From a virus (lineage: Duplodnaviria > Caudoviricetes), in the IMG/VR virus record IMGVR_UViG_3300043394_000327, positions 1 to 41,966 of that record: a stretch of 41,966 nt of DNA, one strand, 5' to 3'. Positions 23,920 through 33,263 of this stretch are shown piece by piece. Each line of letters starts with the position of its first letter. Position 1 is the stretch's first letter. Below the pieces are notes generated by a model. It had not been told where the DNA came from, did not search any database, and saw only the letters and a list, made by a program, of their open reading frames with translations. The translations under genes were made by a program, and so were the position numbers.

Positions 23920-26703
23920 ATGGTTCATACAAATATTGGTGGTAATGGTCAAAACGACATTCTTACTAATAACACTTTTAGCGAGTCGTACCACACAGTA
24001 CGGACTGTTTATAATAACTTGTCTGACTTAGAAACAGTTGTAGATAATATTACAGAAATTAATAGTATCCTTAGTAATATTACTAATATTAATGTTGTTG
24101 GGAATAATATAACAAATGTTAATGCTGTAGGTAATAACATTAATAATTTAAACACTGTTAAAGACAATCTCACAAACATTAATACTGTAAGTACAAATAT
24201 TACAGATGTTAATACAGTAAATGATAATATTACTGATTTATTATTAATTAAAAATAATTTAACAGATATTAACACTATATCTGATAATATAAGTAACGTT
24301 AATAATGTAGGCGGTAATATTAATACGTTATTATCTAATATGGGTGCAATTAATCTGGTAAATAGTAATTTAAACACAATTCAAGGAATTGCTGATGTTA
24401 TAAATGAGCTTAATGGTAGATACATTAACAATATCACTACTTTGCGTGCAACAGAACCAACATATAGTAATCAGTTTGTTTACTTAATAGGGCATACAAC
24501 CTCAGGAATTGGGGGAGGACTGTTTTATTATGACATTACTGACACAACTTCACTTGATAATAATGGCACTGTTGTTGTAACGAATTTAGGTAAGCGGTGG
24601 AAAAGGATTTTAGAAAATAATGAAACAACTGTAGAACATTTTGGTATACCTAAAGATAAAAATTCTACCATGACTCTTTATAATTTAATTTTAACAGGAC
24701 ATAAGTTTAAAGTACCAAAAGTACTATATACTTTAGCAGGCGTTGCGTCTCAATGGGCTTCAAAAAATAAATTTCCTATTTGTTTTATGGGAGATAGCAC
24801 AACAGATGGTAGGGTTTCTACTACTAACGGTGTAACTGCAGTTCCAAACTCAGCGTATAATGAATATCGTCTTGTTAATGGCGCAGTACCTGATAATATT
24901 GTATATGATCATGATGAGTTAGAAGTTCCTAATGCGTACACATCAATTCTTCAAAGAATGGCAAGAAATTTTTACGATAGTACTACTTTAAGAGTATATA
25001 ATGCAGGATATAGAGGTAAAGCATTACAAGATGGTTGGGCTTCTACTAATATACATAACGCTATATTTGGTAATACAGCGTATGCTGATGTGAAAATGGT
25101 TATTCTAAACTTTGGAATTAATGATGCAGGATATGCTAGTGTAGAAACTTTACGTTCTCGTGTATATAACCACACTAAAGCTATTATATTAGATTGCTAC
25201 TATAGAGGTATTCAGCCTGTGTTAATGGGAACAAATACAACAGCTGTTCCAACAGAAGCTGGTTCAGGACATAATAAAGAACAAGTAATAATCGTAGATC
25301 AAGTAAAGAAACATTTGGCTCAAGAATTTGGTATAGATTTTATTGACATGAACAATGAGTTTATGAAATTTCTTACAAATAGTACATTTCCTTATTCGAC
25401 AGATTTTTTATTACCTGATAATTACCATGGAAATGATATTTATCACATGAAACAAGCTGAAATTGTTTTTTGTAAATATATTGCAAAAGATTTAATAGTT
25501 ATGTTGGATAAAGGTGATAAATTTGTAGATGTTTCGATGCCTATGAAAAAATCTAATATACTAGAGTCTCAAATGAGTACAGCCACATATACAAGAGGAC
25601 AAAATCAACTTCGCAGAAATATTGTTATAAGTCCTGCAGAACACGATAGTTATGAAAATACATCTGTAATAGAGTTTTGGGTATGGAATGAATGTCCTAA
25701 AATGTCTTTTATATATTCAGGAGTTACACAACCAAATGTGAATACAGCTTTAATCACAGATGTTACTAAATTACCTCAGTTAAGGGCGATATCTCAACCA
25801 TTCACAGCATTAGATTATAGTTTAAAAAATATCTACAGCGGTGTTCTACCTTCTTTTGTAGGAACAAATACTGTTATAAGAACTGATACAAACTACTTTA
25901 TAGGAAATTTGGATTATGGGTTAAATATTATTTCAGTAAATATTCCACAAGGAGCTTCTGCTCACAGAGTAGCTACAAATTTTTTAACAAGTGTAGGCAT
26001 GTACGTTGGTTCATTTGAATTTATAGAAAATCATGCAAACAGTGTTCCTAAAATTGCATTAAATACTGATAATGGTGTTTCTCAAACTGTAGGACATATT
26101 AAAAATGCTTTAGAAAAGACAGGACCATTATTCGCATTTTCTCAAGCTCCGTCAGCAACAAACTATTTTAAAGTGATTTCAAAAGAAGATATAAAAGGTT
26201 CAAATACTTATGGTTTACGAAGAATAGGTGATTCTGTAGAAATGCTTGTTTCATTTAATACTTCAGTTGATGGTTGGGGAGTTATATTATCAACAACTAA
26301 AGTAGACAATTCATCTACAAACGCAGGCACAGGATTTAATAAATACTCCGATATTATGGCAGGAAATAGTCTTGTTGCTTTTTTAAATTCAGGTACTTTA
26401 AGAATAGCAAGCGTTACTACTGCTGGTTCTGTATCATCAGCAGGTTCTATCGATACAGGTATTACTTCTTCGACAATTTCTAACAAAGTGATAACTTTTA
26501 AATTCACTTTAACATCTCTTACCGAAATGACATGGGAAATTCTTTCAGAAACAGGTAGTAGTCTCGCTAATGGAACTCTCTCTTCAACTTTGGTGAGTGA
26601 TTACGCATCAGGATTTGTAGGAGGAATCTTTAATAACAGGTCTATTTCAACAACAGGTAATTTAAAGATAGATGTGTTTCAGATAAGAGAAGTATATGTG
26701 TAA
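23920..26703 (+). CDS. tailspike/tail fibre with SGNH (GDSL) esterase domain
   Basis: Blocks GDST, NAGYRG, NFGIND, DNYH; preceded by a GGGLFYYD...DNNGTV......RWKR tailspike module and an N-terminal repeat stalk. Confidence 0.85.
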   Translation: MVHTNIGGNGQNDILTNNTFSESYHTVRTVYNNLSDLETVVDNITEINSILSNITNINVVGNNITNVNAVGNNINNLNTVKDNLTNINTVSTNITDVNTVNDNITDLLLIKNNLTDINTISDNISNVNNVGGNINTLLSNMGAINLVNSNLNTIQGIADVINELNGRYINNITTLRATEPTYSNQFVYLIGHTTSGIGGGLFYYDITDTTSLDNNGTVVVTNLGKRWKRILENNETTVEHFGIPKDKNSTMTLYNLILTGHKFKVPKVLYTLAGVASQWASKNKFPICFMGDSTTDGRVSTTNGVTAVPNSAYNEYRLVNGAVPDNIVYDHDELEVPNAYTSILQRMARNFYDSTTLRVYNAGYRGKALQDGWASTNIHNAIFGNTAYADVKMVILNFGINDAGYASVETLRSRVYNHTKAIILDCYYRGIQPVLMGTNTTAVPTEAGSGHNKEQVIIVDQVKKHLAQEFGIDFIDMNNEFMKFLTNSTFPYSTDFLLPDNYHGNDIYHMKQAEIVFCKYIAKDLIVMLDKGDKFVDVSMPMKKSNILESQMSTATYTRGQNQLRRNIVISPAEHDSYENTSVIEFWVWNECPKMSFIYSGVTQPNVNTALITDVTKLPQLRAISQPFTALDYSLKNIYSGVLPSFVGTNTVIRTDTNYFIGNLDYGLNIISVNIPQGASAHRVATNFLTSVGMYVGSFEFIENHANSVPKIALNTDNGVSQTVGHIKNALEKTGPLFAFSQAPSATNYFKVISKEDIKGSNTYGLRRIGDSVEMLVSFNTSVDGWGVILSTTKVDNSSTNAGTGFNKYSDIMAGNSLVAFLNSGTLRIASVTTAGSVSSAGSIDTGITSSTISNKVITFKFTLTSLTEMTWEILSETGSSLANGTLSSTLVSDYASGFVGGIFNNRSISTTGNLKIDVFQIREVYV
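24016..24315 (+). repeat. about 10 degenerate 30-bp (10-aa) coding repeats
   Basis: N(I/L)T(D/N)(I/V)NTV.D units, e.g. NITNINVVGN NITNVNAVGN NLTNINTVST NITDVNTVND. Confidence 0.8.
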
Positions 26704-26757
26704 TGGATTTATAAGATTTCATAATAATGCAGTGATTAAAAAAGGTTAAATATAGCA

Positions 26758-28875
26758 ATGGAACTGGAAACACTTAGTAAATTAACTGATTGGAAAAATG
26801 AACCAACAATTCAAGATCTTAAGTCTGATTTTGACGGTGCATCTATTCATCAACAAAAGTATATTACTAAAATTAAAGAATGGGAAAATTCTAAAAACTT
26901 AGAAGGTGATTATAAACCTAAAAAAGTTCCAGGAAAATCTTCTCTTCAGCCTAAAGTAATTAGAAAACAAAATGAATGGAGGTATCCTTCATTAAGTGAA
27001 CCATTTTTATCTATTGATAATATGTTTAAATGTAAACCTGTTACTTTTGAAGATGTTAAGTCTGCTAGAAAAAATGAACTTATCTTAAATCATCAATTTA
27101 ATAATGTTATAGATAAAGTAGATTTTATTGACGAATACGTTAGAAGAAACGTAGATCAAGGACTATGTATTATTAAACCTTATTGGATCAGAATAACTGA
27201 ACAAGTTAATAAAGTTATTCCAGTATATCAATATAGAGAGCCAAACAGTCAAGAAGAGTTAGATAGATTACAACAATTAATAGAACTAAGTAACTCTAAT
27301 CCTAATGAGTTTATGAATTTACCTGATGAGTTACAAGAATCAGTTAAATATTACTTAGAAACACAAGTTCCTGTTATTGCAGAGCAATACGGAGAAGAAA
27401 CTGTTAAAGAAGAACTTATTATAGAAAATAAACCTGCAATAGATATTATATCTCCTTATAATTTTTATATAGATCCAACTTGTAAAGGTAAATATGAAAA
27501 TGCTAACTTTATTGTTATAACCTTTGAATCTTCTAAAGCAGATTTATTAAAAACAGGTTTATATAGTAACTTAGATCAAATAGATTTTAATAGTTCTAAC
27601 GTTAATGTAGATTTATATCATGAACAAGGGTATGACACACATACTTTTAACTTTAAAGATGAAAGCAGAAAAAGAGTTGTTGTTTATGAATACTGGGGTA
27701 AATATGATATTAACGGTGACGGTAAATTAGTATCTATTGTTGCTTCTTGGATCAATAATACGTTAATTCGTATGGAATTAAGTCCTATGCCTACAGGACA
27801 GTTACCATTTGTCATTAGTAAATATAATCCGATTATGGATAGTGTATTTGGAGATAGTGATGCAGAGTTACTGTTAGATAATCAAAAAACTATTGGTGCT
27901 ATTACGAGAGCTAATATTGATTTAATTGCTAAGTCTGCTAACTCACAGCAAGGATTTGCTACAGGATTCTTTGATGCTGTTAATAAACGTAGATTTATGA
28001 ATGGTGAAGACTATGAATTTAATGGTAATATGTTACCTAACAATGCTATATTTATGCATCAAAGCCCTGAAGTTAGTCAAACTTCTCTTGTTTTATTGGA
28101 TCAACAATCAAAAGAAGCTGAACAATTAACAGGAGTTATTACTAATACAGACAGTAATCAGTTAGGTGCTACAGCAGGAGGAATTAGATCTGTATTAGCT
28201 AGTACAGACTTGAGAAAAGCCAGTATTCTTAGAAGAATGATTAGTGGTATTATTAAATTAGCTAAGCAAGTGGCATTATTAAATAATGAATTTCTTTCTG
28301 AAGAAGAAGAAATTAGAATTACAAATGAAAAGTTTGAAAAAATTCGTAGAGAAGATTTAAAAGGTAATTTTGATGTAAGTACACATATATCTTCACCTGA
28401 AGAGAACCAGAAGAAAGTACAAGATCTTACTTTTGTGTTACAGACAGCTAGTTCAGTATTAGGTCCTGAATTAACAGTTATGATGCTTGCAGATATAGCA
28501 TATTTACTAGGTATGCCTGAGTTAGAAAATAAGTTTAAAACTTATTCTCCCCCTCCTCCATCTCCAGAAGAACAAGCACTAAAACAATTAGAGATTCGTA
28601 AAATGGAAGCAGAAGTAGCTAAAATAGAGAGTGAAGTAGCAATGAACCAAGCTAAAGCTCAAGAGATTATGGCTAAAGCTAATCAAATTAATTTAGATGT
28701 AGAAGAAACTGTTACTGGTGTTAAAGATCAAAAAGAAGTTGCTAGACAGCAAGCACAAGCTAAAGGTAATCAAGATTTAGAAATTACCAAAGCAATAGTT
28801 AAAGGAGAAACCGATCCTACAAATATAGAAGCAGGAATTGGATTTAATAAAATGAATGAAGCAGGACTAATATGA
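26758..28875 (+). CDS. portal protein (N4 gp59-like)
   Basis: KLTDWKNEP...LK.D, QPK.IRKQ.EWRY.SLSEPFL, YEYWG.YDI.GDG, SANSQ.G. Confidence 0.95.
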   Translation: MELETLSKLTDWKNEPTIQDLKSDFDGASIHQQKYITKIKEWENSKNLEGDYKPKKVPGKSSLQPKVIRKQNEWRYPSLSEPFLSIDNMFKCKPVTFEDVKSARKNELILNHQFNNVIDKVDFIDEYVRRNVDQGLCIIKPYWIRITEQVNKVIPVYQYREPNSQEELDRLQQLIELSNSNPNEFMNLPDELQESVKYYLETQVPVIAEQYGEETVKEELIIENKPAIDIISPYNFYIDPTCKGKYENANFIVITFESSKADLLKTGLYSNLDQIDFNSSNVNVDLYHEQGYDTHTFNFKDESRKRVVVYEYWGKYDINGDGKLVSIVASWINNTLIRMELSPMPTGQLPFVISKYNPIMDSVFGDSDAELLLDNQKTIGAITRANIDLIAKSANSQQGFATGFFDAVNKRRFMNGEDYEFNGNMLPNNAIFMHQSPEVSQTSLVLLDQQSKEAEQLTGVITNTDSNQLGATAGGIRSVLASTDLRKASILRRMISGIIKLAKQVALLNNEFLSEEEEIRITNEKFEKIRREDLKGNFDVSTHISSPEENQKKVQDLTFVLQTASSVLGPELTVMMLADIAYLLGMPELENKFKTYSPPPPSPEEQALKQLEIRKMEAEVAKIESEVAMNQAKAQEIMAKANQINLDVEETVTGVKDQKEVARQQAQAKGNQDLEITKAIVKGETDPTNIEAGIGFNKMNEAGLI

Positions 28876-29195
28876 CACATGATTTAGAAAAAGATTTAGA
28901 AATTAATAAACATAAGTTAAGTGTTGTAGAAAGTTTACAAAGACTTTCTTATAACACTGACTATAAGAATGTATTTAATAATTATGTGTTTAATTCACTA
29001 TTACTTAGTTATAACAGAGATTTAGCTAATTTTAATCTCACAAATGAGCAAAGAAACACGATAATATTAAAATTAACTGCTATTTCTACTTTACAACAAG
29101 AATTAGAGAGCTTATTATCTAATAAAGAAACTTTAGTACAACTTATTAAAGATACTAACGACACAATTAATAAAGAGAGATATTACCATGATTGA
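28872..29195 (+). CDS. N4 gp58-like small protein
   Basis: L.RL..N.DYK.V pattern; located between the portal and the gp57-like gene. Confidence 0.7.
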   Translation: MTHDLEKDLEINKHKLSVVESLQRLSYNTDYKNVFNNYVFNSLLLSYNRDLANFNLTNEQRNTIILKLTAISTLQQELESLLSNKETLVQLIKDTNDTINKERYYHD

Positions 29196-30354
29196 TGAAA
29201 CTAATACAGAATATAGTGATGAAGATAAATTGTTAGATGAGCTTGCTTCATTAAGTGATGAAGATTTTGAAAAAAAATATGAAGAAATGCAATTAGCTTT
29301 ATTAGATCAAAATAGATCTGAACAGATTGAAGAAGTAACAACAACTAATGAAATTAGTGAAGAAAATACAAATAAAGAAGAACCAAAAGAAGAAATAAAT
29401 AGTGATGATACTACAGATATTCAAATTAGTGATGTTGATTCTAAATCTATTGAAGAAACTCAAGAAATAGAAGATAGTTCTCAAGAAAAAACATTAGAAG
29501 AGAAATATACTGAGTTAGAGAATAAATATAAAGATTTAATGAAACCATTTAAAGCAAATGGTACAACAATAGAGATTAAAGATCCAAATGAGTTAATTAG
29601 TTTGGCTCAAAAAGGAATTAATTATACTCAAAAGATGCAAAAGTTAAATCCTCATCTTAAAATTGTAGAGTCATTGAAGAAAGCTAATATATTAGACGAA
29701 AATATTATAAATACATTAATTGATATTAATAATGGAGATAAAGACGCAATATCCGCTCATTTAAAGAAATTAAATATCAATGTGTTTAATGATATTGACG
29801 TAGAAAAAGAAACTACATATCAACCTAAAAATCATATTATATCTGATACTGTTTATAATAGCGAACAGTTAATTAAAGATATTAGTGATGATCAGGAATA
29901 TGGAAAACCTTTTCTTAATAATATAACTGATTGGGATCAACAATCTCAAATAAAATTATCTAATAATAGTCTAGACTTACAACAACTATATGAACACAAG
30001 AAATCAGGATTGTTCGATATAGTTAATGCTGAAGCAACTAGACAAAAAGTATTAGGAAACTTTACAGGTATAAGTATGCTTGATACATACGCAACTGTAG
30101 GGAAACAAATGCAAGAACAAGGGTTATTAAACAATCCTAAACTTGCACCAAAAGAAAATAAAATTATTGATATTAAGCCTGCTTTGAACAAGGTAAATAC
30201 ACCATTCAAACAAGAAAGTAACAATAAAATAAAAAGTTTATCTCCTGTTAAAGCAGTAAATACTCAAGTAACTGGCGAACCAGACTTAGACGCACTTGCT
30301 AAACTAGATGATAATGCTTTCTTAGAATTATGTAAAAAATACAACATTAAATAA
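29188..30354 (+). CDS. N4 gp57-like protein (often annotated tape measure; scaffold-like)
   Basis: Acidic N-terminus, PFKANG..I, Q.G.NYT.KMQ.L.P; upstream of the MCP. Confidence 0.8.
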   Translation: MIDETNTEYSDEDKLLDELASLSDEDFEKKYEEMQLALLDQNRSEQIEEVTTTNEISEENTNKEEPKEEINSDDTTDIQISDVDSKSIEETQEIEDSSQEKTLEEKYTELENKYKDLMKPFKANGTTIEIKDPNELISLAQKGINYTQKMQKLNPHLKIVESLKKANILDENIINTLIDINNGDKDAISAHLKKLNINVFNDIDVEKETTYQPKNHIISDTVYNSEQLIKDISDDQEYGKPFLNNITDWDQQSQIKLSNNSLDLQQLYEHKKSGLFDIVNAEATRQKVLGNFTGISMLDTYATVGKQMQEQGLLNNPKLAPKENKIIDIKPALNKVNTPFKQESNNKIKSLSPVKAVNTQVTGEPDLDALAKLDDNAFLELCKKYNIK

Positions 30355-30372
30355 TTTAAAAGGAAATTATAT

Positions 30373-31578
30373 ATGGTTAGTCCAGTAACAGCACCACAAA
30401 AGTATAACACTAATCCGTCTGCTCCAATGCAGACATTCATGCGTAGGCGTAAATCCATTATTGAAATGGCTGATGAGCAGTTTTATACTCCTCTTGCTAA
30501 ATTAGAGAATATGCCTAAACATTACGGTAAAACAATTAAAGTGTATGAATACGTACCTTTGATTGATGCACGAAATCTAAATAACCAAGGTATTGATGCT
30601 ACTGGCACTCCTTATGATGATGGTAATATTTATGGTGGCTCTAAAGATATTGGAGTTATTACAACTAAGTTTCCTGCTATTACTGAAGATGGTGGACGAG
30701 TCAACAGAGTTGGTTTTACTCGTGTTGAACGTCAAGCTAGTTTATCTCAAATGGGCTTCTTCTTTGAATATACAGAAGATTTGTATAACTTTGATGATGA
30801 TGAAATGCTTGAATCACATATTGAGCGTGAAGCTCTTAAAGGTGCAATGAGTTTATCAGAAAAAAGATTACAAGTTGATCTTATTAATGGTGCAGGAACT
30901 GTATATTACTCAGGAACTGCTTCATCTAATGCAACTATGACTGGTGAAGCCTCAGCTACTGTTAAATCTATTGTAGATTATGACGATTTTAAAAGATTAT
31001 CTATCAGATTAGATACTAATAAAACACCTCGTGATACAAAAATGATTAAAGGAAGTAATCTTACTGATACTAAAACTATTCCTAATTCAAGATTTGCATA
31101 TATTCACCCTGATTTAAGCAATCATCTTGAAAATCTTCAAGATTATCATGGTCGTCCTGCCTTAATTCCTGTACAACACTATGCTGATAAAACCAATATT
31201 CGTAACGGAGAGCTTGGATCTATTGGTAATTTCCGTATTATTGTTGATCCAGAAGCAGTTGTGTGGGAATCAGTAGGTGTTACTGTTGGTTCAAACGGCG
31301 GCAACGCAGGCTATAAGTCAACAACTAAATCTTCAGTAAACAAATATGATGTTTACCCTATTTTAGTTATTGGTTCAGAATCATTTACTACTATTGGATT
31401 TGGTTCAAGTGGAAAAGAACAAAAGTTTAAAATTCATTCTATTAAACCTGGTTCTCCTGCCTCACTTGCTTCAGATCCTTTTGGTAAAAAAGGTATGCAA
31501 TCAATTCAGTGGTGGTATTCTACATTGATTTTACGTCCTGAACGGATTGCAATGATTAGAACACTTGCTCCGCTCTAA
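30373..31578 (+). CDS. major capsid protein (N4 gp56-like)
   Basis: MPKHYGKTIKVYEYVPL.D.RN.N.QGIDA.G, E.GGRVNRVGF.R, DPFG..G..SI.W.Y..LILRPER. Confidence 0.97.
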   Translation: MVSPVTAPQKYNTNPSAPMQTFMRRRKSIIEMADEQFYTPLAKLENMPKHYGKTIKVYEYVPLIDARNLNNQGIDATGTPYDDGNIYGGSKDIGVITTKFPAITEDGGRVNRVGFTRVERQASLSQMGFFFEYTEDLYNFDDDEMLESHIEREALKGAMSLSEKRLQVDLINGAGTVYYSGTASSNATMTGEASATVKSIVDYDDFKRLSIRLDTNKTPRDTKMIKGSNLTDTKTIPNSRFAYIHPDLSNHLENLQDYHGRPALIPVQHYADKTNIRNGELGSIGNFRIIVDPEAVVWESVGVTVGSNGGNAGYKSTTKSSVNKYDVYPILVIGSESFTTIGFGSSGKEQKFKIHSIKPGSPASLASDPFGKKGMQSIQWWYSTLILRPERIAMIRTLAPL

Positions 31579-31590
31579 ATTTTAAACTAG

Positions 31591-31620
31591 AATAAGTGTA
31601 CTAGAAATAGTACACTTATT
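31591..31620 (+). terminator. terminator after the MCP
   Basis: AATAAGTGTACTA-GAAA-TAGTACACTTATT perfect 13-bp stem. Confidence 0.85.
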
Positions 31621-31650
31621 TCATAAAATATTAATCAATAAGGAATTACT

Positions 31651-32205
31651 ATGTCATTACAGACAACAACAGACACAAAAGTTACTACTCCTTCTGCTGA
31701 TGAAGTAGAAATTAAAATACTAAGACAATATCTTGACGCATTAGGGGTTCAGTATAAAAAATCACATGGGTTAGAAACTTTAAAAGAATTATTTGCAGAC
31801 AACACTATAAAAGTGTCAGAAGTTAAAACAAAAAATGAAGATATCCAAGAAGCAGTAAAAAAAGCGTTAAAGTTAGTAAGATGTATTGTTACATCTAATT
31901 TGGCACAAGATACGAATAAATATGGAGATATCTTTTCTGTAGAAAATAAATTTTTTTCTGTAATGCGTTGTGTTCCTTTTCAATCACCAACTCATGTTGA
32001 ATCATCTTTACTAGAATTTATTAAAGAAAAGCAGATAATTAACAGTAAAGTTGAGAAAGGACTCGCAGGACGAGATATTATTATTGAACAAAAAGGACAA
32101 ATGTATAATATTCAAGTTCTTCCTCCACTTACTGAAGAAGAGTTTAATGATCTTAGGACAATGCAGTTAAAAGATCCTGAATTTTTAAATAAAGACGGTG
32201 AATAA
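31651..32205 (+). CDS. N4 gp55-like protein
   Basis: ALKLVRC.V, VPF...HV, VLPPLTEEE..DL..Q. Confidence 0.8.
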   Translation: MSLQTTTDTKVTTPSADEVEIKILRQYLDALGVQYKKSHGLETLKELFADNTIKVSEVKTKNEDIQEAVKKALKLVRCIVTSNLAQDTNKYGDIFSVENKFFSVMRCVPFQSPTHVESSLLEFIKEKQIINSKVEKGLAGRDIIIEQKGQMYNIQVLPPLTEEEFNDLRTMQLKDPEFLNKDGE

Positions 32206-32207
32206 CA

Positions 32208-33245
32208 ATGAGTAGTACATTAAATAATGATATATTAATACAAAGTGATTTAAATTATGATGCTTTAAAAGATACCGTATCAATACCTAGTGTTGATTTA
32301 TCTTTATTTCCTGTACCTAATTTTACTTCTAATCCTGTACCAATTCCTACAACAGTTACTAATACGTTATTAACTGATAAAAATGTTGATGGTACAGGCT
32401 GTTTTGACAACTTAATGACTTCTATATCAAAACACTTAACTAATGAATTTGAAGAAGGTAGAATTGAACAAGATAAATTTGGAGATATATATTCTCAAAA
32501 TATGATCCAAGCAATGAGTATTGCTAGTCAGTTTGTGTTAAATACAGTAACAACAAATTATCAAAATCAATTATTAAAAAAACAATTAGAACAACAAGAA
32601 ATTAATAATGTAACTGCTAAAGTTCAATTAGAAATAACTAAATTAAACGCTAGTAGAGCTAGATATGAAGCACTAACTGCTAATACTAATTATGCTATAT
32701 CTAAACAACAATTAGCTAATAGTAATGCAGATTATTTACTTAAAATTAAACAATTAACTTTAAGTGATAAGGATATTGAATTAAAGACACAACAAATAAG
32801 ATTAGCTACTGAACAAGTAGATACTGAAGTTTTAAACCAAACTACTATTACTAAAAATAATTTAATGTTAGATAAGAATTTGCTAAAACTAGACGAAGAG
32901 ATTAATTTACTACAAACACAGGATTTAATACAAGTACAACAAGTAGAACTTGCTAAACAGCAAGTTGACACTGAAAGAGCTAAAACTAAAAATACTACCT
33001 CTACTGGTTCAACAATTACTGGTGTATTAGGTAAAGAAAAAGATTTAAAAGATGCACAAATAGTTTTATATGAGCGTCAACAAGATGCTTATGATATAGA
33101 CGGTAAATCTAAAATAGTTATGATGTATAAAGATGTTTATGCTATTAATAAAACTGCTGATGCAGGCACAACTGTGCCGAGTTCGTTAAGTGATAGTAAT
33201 ATTAATGCAGTATTTACGGCAATGAGAAATGCAGTAGGTATTTAA
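32208..33245 (+). CDS. N4 gp54-like structural protein
   Basis: LT...VDGTG.FD.LM....HL..EF..GRI, coiled coil, E.AKT...G.LGK.K.L..Q. Confidence 0.85.
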   Translation: MSSTLNNDILIQSDLNYDALKDTVSIPSVDLSLFPVPNFTSNPVPIPTTVTNTLLTDKNVDGTGCFDNLMTSISKHLTNEFEEGRIEQDKFGDIYSQNMIQAMSIASQFVLNTVTTNYQNQLLKKQLEQQEINNVTAKVQLEITKLNASRARYEALTANTNYAISKQQLANSNADYLLKIKQLTLSDKDIELKTQQIRLATEQVDTEVLNQTTITKNNLMLDKNLLKLDEEINLLQTQDLIQVQQVELAKQQVDTERAKTKNTTSTGSTITGVLGKEKDLKDAQIVLYERQQDAYDIDGKSKIVMMYKDVYAINKTADAGTTVPSSLSDSNINAVFTAMRNAVGI

Positions 33246-33263
33246 TAATTAAGGGTAGTTATA

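Noticed and set aside
24016-24315. CRISPR array or DGR-type repeat
   Set aside because: Repeats are degenerate, codon-phased and spacerless; no cas or reverse transcriptase gene in the window
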